Assembly: GCA_026413945.1 (NCBI GenBank)
Contig: JAOAJX010000003.1
Location: 21,002-85,001 of the forward strand
Source: Candidatus Iainarchaeum sp.
GTDB taxonomy: Archaea > Iainarchaeota > Iainarchaeia > Iainarchaeales > DTGL01
DNA: 64,000 bases
Reading direction: 5' to 3'
The translations under genes were made by a program, and so were the position numbers. Below, one piece after another: positions 57,405 through 64,000 of this stretch. The notes beneath the pieces were generated by a model, which did no database searches, was not told the DNA's origin, and saw nothing but the letters and a program-made list of their open reading frames with translations. Positions within the stretch are counted from its first letter, which is position 1; each line of letters begins with the position of its first letter.

Positions 57405-60400
57405 TTAACGCTTTTTTGGTTTTAAAGGAATATTGCCTTTGGCCATTGATCTTATTTTTGTAAGTCTTAAAATCGCTTCGCTGTATTTTTCCTTAAATTC
57501 TGCTTTACTTATGTGCTTTTTCATATAAGCTATCTTAAGCCTTTTTATCAAAGATCGCAAGCTTTCTTCTTCGGTTTTTAGATTTTTCATTAGATCTCTC
57601 CTCTCCAAAGTTTTGGATAATATTCTAAATCCCATATAAGCAAAAACTGAAAAAGAGACAATTAAGACTAACAGCCAATTAATATTCTCGTCTTGTTTGA
57701 TCAGTACTACCATTTCCTGTTGATAGGCATATGGCTCTTCAAGCATAAGCTTCAAATAGTGTTCTCCGAAACCCAATGGCTCTTCAAGATTTGCAACATA
57801 AAAGCCACCCGACTTTTTAAATACTACTGCCGAGTTCTTGCCATCAATATTGATTTTTCCATAAATCTCTTCTTCCGTAGGCGTACTATCATCGCTCTTC
57901 AATATAAAGAGCTTTATACTGTTAGTTGGGCCAAGGGAAATGTTGATACCTTGCTTTGGCTCTATCACGGTTACAGTAAAATTTACTAAATAAATAGAAA
58001 AATTTTCTAATGCAACCCAACTCTTATTTTTGTCAAACGCTACTGCCTTTGCTTCACACCCAAGTTTATTACTTTTAAGATCATTTGGTACTTGTATCTT
58101 TAGCAGATGTACATCTTCTTCAGCTTTATAAATTGCCTTTCCGCCATCGCCATTATCACATAAAAACTCAACATTGCCTTTAAGCCCTATTGTAGAGGTT
58201 ATTTTTCCTTTGATTGTCAAAAACTGTCCTTTTACAGCACCTATATTGTAATCTGATAGTTCTAAATCAAAATTAGGATTATCTTTTGAAATAGGTATTC
58301 TAAGCTCTTCAGAAAAATAGTTTCCATATATATCCTCACCTTGAACATAAAGCACAAGACCTTGCTTGAGATTTTCCTCTGATATGCGATGGTCTAAAAC
58401 CATTCTATAATCATATGGGTTGCTTTTGCTGCTGACAGATGCAACTCTTTTCTTTGAATTACTACATTTAAGATAAGCTTCAATATATGCCATTTGCACA
58501 GGTTGGTTTATCTGTGGCACCATCACTCTTATTATTGCATCTTTGATTTCTGAGTTTATGGGATAATTTTTTTCAGCAAAAGGATTATGGTATAATATAA
58601 GTTTCATTGGCTCAAAACTTAAAGGCAAACTACTATTTAATTCAATTTTTCCTGAACTTGAGCTTACCTTTGCAGATATTTTTAAGATTGTGCTATTTTT
58701 TGTTTTATAGTTTGGCAGGTAAGTAATCACCAATTCATTACCGTCAAACTTTGTATTCGTACTCAAACCATCAATAGTAGCGTAAATATTTGTTATTTGT
58801 GATGGTTCTATTGTTTTATTGCCCGCATCCATGAAAGTAACTCTTGCTTCTACCAATTCTGTTTTTTTTAAAGTTTCGCCCCATGTGGGTTTTATCAACC
58901 TAACTCTTATTGCTGAGCGCTTTATCGTCACTTTTTTTTCTGCATAACCCAAATCTTCATCGTCGCTTCCAATAACGGAAACTTTTACCGTGTATTCCTT
59001 TTCATAATTCTCAAAGTTGGCTGGCAAATAATAAACATATTCTTTTTTATTTTTTTTATCAGTAATTATCCTACCATCGCCAAAATCCCATTTATATTTT
59101 AGCTCTGGATAAGCTGCGCTTACAACAAGCTCAAAAGTAATTACCTCGCCTTCATATGCAGTAGTCGGTTCTGCCTTAAAGCCAACTATACTTATTCTTT
59201 TCCTGTTTTGTTCTTGAGGCATGGTGAAAAAAGTTCCTCTGTAGTTTTTCAATTCTACATCAGTGAAACACTTTATCTCATACACGTAAATTGTATCGCT
59301 ATAAAGTTCGGAAAAACTTTGCGTGTGTTCTTTGCTGTTAAGCGTAAAACTATCATACCAGGAAAATATGTCTTCAGTTTTCGCTATACCTATCCGACAT
59401 CTTGATTCAATACTAGTTTTCCATGTTATTTTTGCCTCGTTTGCTGATGTTTGCACTGAAACATCGCTTATTGAAAGTGTCCTAACGGTGGGTGTTGGAA
59501 TTGGTGAGTTTGAAGGTGTTTGAGTTTGCACTGGCGTTGGTGATGGGCTTGGTGAGGGCGATGGCTCAACCGATGATGAAAAATCCTCAACACAAAATTC
59601 AGCGCTTTTCTCCGTCTCCAAATTTCCTGCCTTGTCGGAAGATCTATAGTTTATTCTGTGACATCCAGCATCTGTAATATTAAATTCAGTTCCAGTTGAC
59701 CAATTGCTTCCATCAACACGATAATTTGTATCTTCGCACCCAGATACCAATTCGATTTCAGCAATATTTAAGCCTAGGCCATATGGTGAGGTATCTTTGC
59801 ACACAAGGGAAATTTTTGGATTCTTTATTACACTTATATTATCAATCCTGAACTTGCCTATCGACTTTACATATGCATCGAACTTCACCTTAAAATTCAT
59901 AGTTCTGTATTCTTTAGGAATATCGATTTTAAATACTTCGCCCATCAAGTCAAGCTCGCTGCTAACTTTCTTAAAAAGTTGACAGTTGGTGTCAGAGCCG
60001 CTACAAAAATAAAGATATAAATAATCTTCAGCCCCCCAATTCTCTTTCATTGCCCAAAACTCAATTATCGCGCTTTCAGCACCGGCCAAATTTATGCTTT
60101 TTGAGATAAGATGCCCCTTTCTTTGTTCTGTTGCAGTTGCAATGCCTGTACGGTAACTTGTCTGGACTATGGTCCAATTGGTTTTTTCCCATCGCAACTC
60201 ATCAAAAGTGTTTTTGTCAAAAGTATCCTTAAAAACAACTGATGCTTTCGACATTATCGCATCTGTTGGAGGTGCTACACCATCAACTTTTATGTACGCT
60301 ACACTTGGCTTTTCAAAGTTACCTGCAAAATCCTTTGATGCATATGCTATTAGCGTAGGCTCATTTAAAGTCACAGTTATACTCGATTTTCCGGAGGATT

Positions 60401-61073
60401 GTATTAATTGCTTTAACCTTTCTATGTTGTCCTTGTTTTTCCAAATATCTGTAAATGCTTGTGCTTCAGAAACACCGGCTTTTTTATAATAAATTGAGCT
60501 GCACCCTACACCTACATCTGAGCATTGAAGGGTTACATCAGATTGGCCTTTAAGCCAGGTTTTTATATCCGGCGAAAAACTCGTCTTTGGCAACTTTTTG
60601 TCTCTCTCAAGACAGTATTTCATATTGAGATCATATTCCTCATAATCATTAGCATCACAAAGATCTGGCCTGCTGCACGCCCACCTATAACATAACAATT
60701 TGACCCTTATAATTGCATTTTCAGATGCAAAATCAGTGCTCAAGTTAAAAGTTGCCTCTATTTTTCCATCGCATTTTCTATCATCACATCCAGGCAATTT
60801 TTTTATCGTTTTGTGCATTTCCTTTAAGCTACCTTGGTCTATAGAAACCAGGCACCTTGGTTCGTAACTACTAAGATTATCTTTTGGGATATTTTCCAAC
60901 ACTACTTCAACGTTTGCATAAAAAGTCATATCAATTTTGCCTGTGTTATAAACATTGCAATTTTTATCAATACTTTTTATCTCTAGTCTTGCAGATGGTT
61001 GATAATTCCCTTCAACATAGCAAAGAGCACTAATAAGCAAAATTTGGACTAAGCAAGCCAGATTTCTTTTCAT
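57405..61073 (-). CDS. Large surface protein (paralog of 19718-22909)
   Basis: True start probably MKRNLACL at 61073 (the track ORF runs through the tRNA); Ig-like YRSSDKAGNLE, SP/TP linker, fn3-like unit, YKWDFGDG, TM, YMKKHISKAEFKEKY. Confidence 0.78.
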   Translation of the reverse strand: MKRNLACLVQILLISALCYVEGNYQPSARLEIKSIDKNCNVYNTGKIDMTFYANVEVVLENIPKDNLSSYEPRCLVSIDQGSLKEMHKTIKKLPGCDDRKCDGKIEATFNLSTDFASENAIIRVKLLCYRWACSRPDLCDANDYEEYDLNMKYCLERDKKLPKTSFSPDIKTWLKGQSDVTLQCSDVGVGCSSIYYKKAGVSEAQAFTDIWKNKDNIERLKQLIQSSGKSSITVTLNEPTLIAYASKDFAGNFEKPSVAYIKVDGVAPPTDAIMSKASVVFKDTFDKNTFDELRWEKTNWTIVQTSYRTGIATATEQRKGHLISKSINLAGAESAIIEFWAMKENWGAEDYLYLYFCSGSDTNCQLFKKVSSELDLMGEVFKIDIPKEYRTMNFKVKFDAYVKSIGKFRIDNISVIKNPKISLVCKDTSPYGLGLNIAEIELVSGCEDTNYRVDGSNWSTGTEFNITDAGCHRINYRSSDKAGNLETEKSAEFCVEDFSSSVEPSPSPSPSPTPVQTQTPSNSPIPTPTVRTLSISDVSVQTSANEAKITWKTSIESRCRIGIAKTEDIFSWYDSFTLNSKEHTQSFSELYSDTIYVYEIKCFTDVELKNYRGTFFTMPQEQNRKRISIVGFKAEPTTAYEGEVITFELVVSAAYPELKYKWDFGDGRIITDKKNKKEYVYYLPANFENYEKEYTVKVSVIGSDDEDLGYAEKKVTIKRSAIRVRLIKPTWGETLKKTELVEARVTFMDAGNKTIEPSQITNIYATIDGLSTNTKFDGNELVITYLPNYKTKNSTILKISAKVSSSSGKIELNSSLPLSFEPMKLILYHNPFAEKNYPINSEIKDAIIRVMVPQINQPVQMAYIEAYLKCSNSKKRVASVSSKSNPYDYRMVLDHRISEENLKQGLVLYVQGEDIYGNYFSEELRIPISKDNPNFDLELSDYNIGAVKGQFLTIKGKITSTIGLKGNVEFLCDNGDGGKAIYKAEEDVHLLKIQVPNDLKSNKLGCEAKAVAFDKNKSWVALENFSIYLVNFTVTVIEPKQGINISLGPTNSIKLFILKSDDSTPTEEEIYGKINIDGKNSAVVFKKSGGFYVANLEEPLGFGEHYLKLMLEEPYAYQQEMVVLIKQDENINWLLVLIVSFSVFAYMGFRILSKTLERRDLMKNLKTEEESLRSLIKRLKIAYMKKHISKAEFKEKYSEAILRLTKIRSMAKGNIPLKPKKR

Positions 61074-61142
61074 GAAAATAATACCATTTGCATAAATAAA
61101 AATGTTTCTAATGTGATTCAAAATATAACTAAAAAAAGTGAG

Positions 61143-61215
61143 TGCCCCAGCCGGGATTCGAACCCGGGCTACTGGCTTGAAAGGCCAGGGTGCTTGACCG
61201 CTACACCACCGGGGC
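61143..61215 (-). tRNA. tRNA-Glu (anticodon TTC), no intron, CCA not encoded
   Basis: GCCCCGG acceptor / CTGGGGC-A; D-arm GTG..CAC; CTGGC-CT-TTC-AA-GCCAG; CCGGG-TTCGAAT-CCCGG. Confidence 0.96.
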
Positions 61216-61308
61216 AATGCTACATTAGAATTAATGCCGATAAAATGTTTTTTAAATGTAACCCACAATAAGCATATAATCTAGCTTATATTGCTTATAG
61301 GTGTTCTT

Positions 61309-61476
61309 ATGCCACTAACTCCTGAAGCACTTAAGAGGCGATTTGAAAATGTTTGGGTTTGTATGAGCTGCAATGCTAAGAACCGTGCATCCCCCGGGAA
61401 AAAGCCGCAAAAGTGCAGGAAATGCGGCAGCAAGCGCCTAAGGCCTAAGAAAAAGCTAAAGAAGATAGCAAAATAG
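61309..61476 (+). CDS. rpl40e: 50S ribosomal protein L40e
   Basis: VCMSCNAKN...KCRKCGSKRLRPKKK; AGGTG SD before ATG 61309. Confidence 0.92.
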   Translation: MPLTPEALKRRFENVWVCMSCNAKNRASPGKKPQKCRKCGSKRLRPKKKLKKIAK

Positions 61477-61531
61477 CAACATAGTTTTTTATCAAAAAAA
61501 TATTTAAATAACTTCTAAGCGCAATACTTAT

Positions 61532-62377
61532 ATGGTTAGGCATTATATTGAGATCATAAGGCCTTCTGACTGCCTTATGGCATCTTTTGCTGTTCTAATT
61601 GGCTTTCTTGTTGCTTCAGGTGGCTTTGTCGTCCACGATTTTTTAATGTTCTTAAAGCTATTCTTCGGCATGATTGCAGTTTTTTTATTTGCAGCAGCAG
61701 GAATAGTGATAAATGACTACTTTGATTATCACATAGATAAGATAAACGCTCCACATAGGCCTTTACCTTCCGGCAAAATAAAGCGCGGCCATTCTTTGAA
61801 CTATTCTTATCTTCTGTTCTCTTTAGGCATATTTTTCGCATTTCTAGTTTCATATCTTTCGCCAGGTAACCCGTGGTGTCTCTTTTTAGCACTTATAAAT
61901 ACAGCACTTGAAATTTACTATGCGAGGAACTTCAAAAGGATGCTATTAATTGGCAATTTTGTAGATTCTTGGTTTGTTGCCTCGAGCTTTCTTTTTGGCG
62001 CATTAATTTTCGGTTATGAAAATTTGCAAGCAGTATCAATCCTTGCGCTCATTTCATTTTTTGCAAATGCTGGTAGAGAAGTCTTTGGTGATATTGAGGA
62101 TATTGCCGGAGATAAAAAGCTTGGGCTTAAAACATTACCAATAATTTACGGGGAAAAAATAGCAAAAAAAATTGGCTCTGCACTAATACTATTGGCTGTG
62201 ATAATGAGCCCATTGCCTTGGTTTTTTGGTCTTTTGAAAATGCCCTATCTTTTCGCAGTTCTTTTAGCAGATGCAATCTTTTTAGCATCCTTGTCAGTTG
62301 ATCCAAGAAAGAATCAGCTACTTACAAAGATAGCCATGGTTGTGGCACTATTTGCGTTCGTTGTTGGAGTGATCTGA
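61532..62377 (+). CDS. UbiA-family prenyltransferase, digeranylgeranylglyceryl-phosphate synthase-like
   Basis: INDYFDYHIDKINAPHRPLPSG, REVFGDIEDIAGD..KTLP. Confidence 0.87.
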   Translation: MVRHYIEIIRPSDCLMASFAVLIGFLVASGGFVVHDFLMFLKLFFGMIAVFLFAAAGIVINDYFDYHIDKINAPHRPLPSGKIKRGHSLNYSYLLFSLGIFFAFLVSYLSPGNPWCLFLALINTALEIYYARNFKRMLLIGNFVDSWFVASSFLFGALIFGYENLQAVSILALISFFANAGREVFGDIEDIAGDKKLGLKTLPIIYGEKIAKKIGSALILLAVIMSPLPWFFGLLKMPYLFAVLLADAIFLASLSVDPRKNQLLTKIAMVVALFAFVVGVI

Positions 62378-63022
62378 TTGGATTTTGAGTCACAAAGAAA
62401 AAAGCTTGTTAATTCAATGATTGCAAATGGCTCTTTAAAAAGTGCGGAAATAATTAAAGCTTTTCTTAAAGTTAAGCGCGAAGAATTTTTTTTACCAGAA
62501 CTTAAAAAGTTCTCTTATGATGATTCGGCCTATCCAATAGGTCATAGCCAAACAATATCACAGCCAAGCACTATAGCTATAATGTTAGAGCTTCTAAAAC
62601 CACTAAAAGGGCACAAGGTGCTAGAGATAGGCTCTGGTTCTGGGTATGTGCTTGCATTGTTGTCAGAGATAGTTGGCCCTGAAGGGAAAGTAATAGGTAT
62701 AGAGCGCAATTATGAACTTGCTGTGCGCTCAATTGAGACACTTGCCAAGCTTAAATACAAAAAGATTAAAGTATTAATTTCTGACGGCTCAAAAGGCCTT
62801 CCTGAGGAAGCGCCATTTCATCGTATTTTGGTTTCTGCTGCTTGTAATGTTGTTCCAAAGCCTTTGGAGGAGCAGCTCACCTTTCACGGGCGCATAGTTG
62901 CGCCAGTTGGCTCAAAGTTTTCACAGCAACTTCAGGTTATAGAAAAAGAACCAAATGGAGCACTTAAGAGATATTTTGCAGAGGGCTATTTTGTATTCGT
63001 ACCACTTGTTTCAGATAGTTAA
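62378..63022 (+). CDS. pcm: Protein-L-isoaspartate O-methyltransferase
   Basis: QTISQP, VLEIGSGSGY, DGSKG..EAPF, FVPLV. Confidence 0.95.
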   Translation: MDFESQRKKLVNSMIANGSLKSAEIIKAFLKVKREEFFLPELKKFSYDDSAYPIGHSQTISQPSTIAIMLELLKPLKGHKVLEIGSGSGYVLALLSEIVGPEGKVIGIERNYELAVRSIETLAKLKYKKIKVLISDGSKGLPEEAPFHRILVSAACNVVPKPLEEQLTFHGRIVAPVGSKFSQQLQVIEKEPNGALKRYFAEGYFVFVPLVSDS

Positions 63023-63030
63023 AAAAATAG

Positions 63031-63729
63031 CTAAAAAATTTTCTTAACTTTTTTATTAACTAGTTTAACACCTTTTATTTCAAGTTTCCCATGGTCTTTA
63101 TAAAAGTTTTTCTCAGAATCTGTGATTTCAATTCGTTTCTTGAAAAGTGGCGCATCAAGCACAGTCGTCTCAAATTCGCCACCTTCACCACATATATTGA
63201 TGCCATATGTTTTTTCAAGTCCTTCAAGCTCTTTGATAAGTGCATAATCAATCCTTCTCCCTAGCCATGATGCATCCAAAGGATATGCACTTACCCCAAT
63301 AATTATTGTCTCAAATTTTCTTTCAACCACTTCTTGCAAAATCTTTTGCTGCGGCATGCCCCATAAAGGATTAAATGTTTTTAATTTTAGTTCATTACAA
63401 ATGCTTTGAATTCTTTTGGCTTGGTAGTTCGATGCAATTGCACCACTAACAACGACACCAATTCCAAATTTTTCTTTTGCATCTGAAATAAGCGCTTTTA
63501 AATCTTGGAGCTCATCGTCTTTTTTGCCACTTGTGTGCTTCACTATTTGTGGCATCTCCAATGCTTTGGCTTGTATTTTTGTCATCTCTATGTTTGGAGT
63601 GTGAAACATATAGCTGTAAGGGTTTTTTGATATTGCTGTAAGAAGACATATATTGCTATATACTTCTTTTGCAATATGAAGCGCAAGACAAGAATCCTTG
63701 CCCCCCGAAAAAAGAACTCCGGCCCACAT
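63031..63729 (-). CDS. dph6: Diphthine--ammonia ligase
   Basis: LFSGGKDS, SYMFHTPN, GAIASNYQ, PLW, GEGGEFET; start ATG 63729 (track 63801). Confidence 0.93.
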   Translation of the reverse strand: MWAGVLFSGGKDSCLALHIAKEVYSNICLLTAISKNPYSYMFHTPNIEMTKIQAKALEMPQIVKHTSGKKDDELQDLKALISDAKEKFGIGVVVSGAIASNYQAKRIQSICNELKLKTFNPLWGMPQQKILQEVVERKFETIIIGVSAYPLDASWLGRRIDYALIKELEGLEKTYGINICGEGGEFETTVLDAPLFKKRIEITDSEKNFYKDHGKLEIKGVKLVNKKVKKIF

Positions 63730-63733
63730 GTTT

Positions 63734-64000
63734 TTACCCAAACCAAGAATCCAAACGAGCCTGAGAGCCGCCCTTACATTGAAGTTTTTGTAGTTTCTCA
63801 ATTGCCTTCAATACACGCTCTTCAGAAAAATTCCTTTCATTGCAAAGAAAATTTTTTATTCCCTCACTATCTGGCTCTGAAAATTCTATTGTGAAAGAAT
63901 CACTCTGCTTTGGCTCAAGGAAGATTTCTTCAACTTCCTTGTAATCAAAATCAATATCTTTGCCCAAATTTTTTAATATTTCTTCAAATGACGGGTATTT
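63734..64000 (-). CDS. fen: Flap endonuclease 1, C-terminal part (5'-truncated by the window edge)
   Basis: IFLEP..PDSEGIKNFLCNERNFSEERV, PIP box QARLDSWF. Confidence 0.9.
   Translation of the reverse strand, partial: KYPSFEEILKNLGKDIDFDYKEVEEIFLEPKQSDSFTIEFSEPDSEGIKNFLCNERNFSEERVLKAIEKLQKLQCKGGSQARLDSWFG

Noticed and set aside
57405-61215. tRNA-Glu as an integration site for the downstream surface-protein gene
   Set aside because: I saw no duplicated tRNA 3' end and no integrase in the window
61074-61268. N-terminal 65 codons of the 1287-aa track ORF
   Set aside because: They run through tRNA-Glu on the same strand; the signal peptide starts at ATG 61073
1-64000. Stop-codon reassignment suggested by aRF1 NIKD
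   Set aside because: Conserved genes terminate at expected positions with TAA, TAG and TGA, and none shows an internal stop

Overview
AT-rich archaeal chromosome segment with densely packed genes, frequent GGTG(A)-type Shine-Dalgarno motifs and GTG/TTG starts. Gene content and the S-layer type suggest a DPANN archaeon, possibly Iainarchaeota/Diapherotrites- or Micrarchaeota-like (inference, not tested). It contains: a Tad/type IV pilus-like locus (1-8.7 kb); housekeeping genes (rfcL, pheST, lonB, rnz, nob1, csl4, rpoL, sec11); a replication/translation cluster (RPA small subunit, two PCNAs, priL, priS, GINS, rps27e, aIF2-alpha, PAC2); EndoQ; the S-layer gene with glycosylation neighbours; truD, aRF1, pyrH, dph2, ppsA; tRNA-Glu(TTC); rpl40e, a DGGGP synthase, pcm, dph6 and the 3' end of fen1. 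Two large paralogous surface proteins and a Tyr/Ser-rich secreted protein are also present. I saw no CRISPR array, rRNA, integrase or transposase. The most notable candidates are: (i) a pilus locus carrying a vWA-PKD-zinc-metalloprotease protein and an unannotated 30-aa micro-pilin, a possible host attachment/digestion device; (ii) a protein with four in-register 34-aa mTERF-like repeats heading the replication cluster; (iii) two divergent PCNAs beside an orphan toxin-like nucleotidyltransferase; (iv) a secreted protein with a prion-like Tyr/Ser tail; (v) a ~140-aa coiled-coil insert in PEP synthase. All family calls come from motif recognition by eye; no database searches were run.
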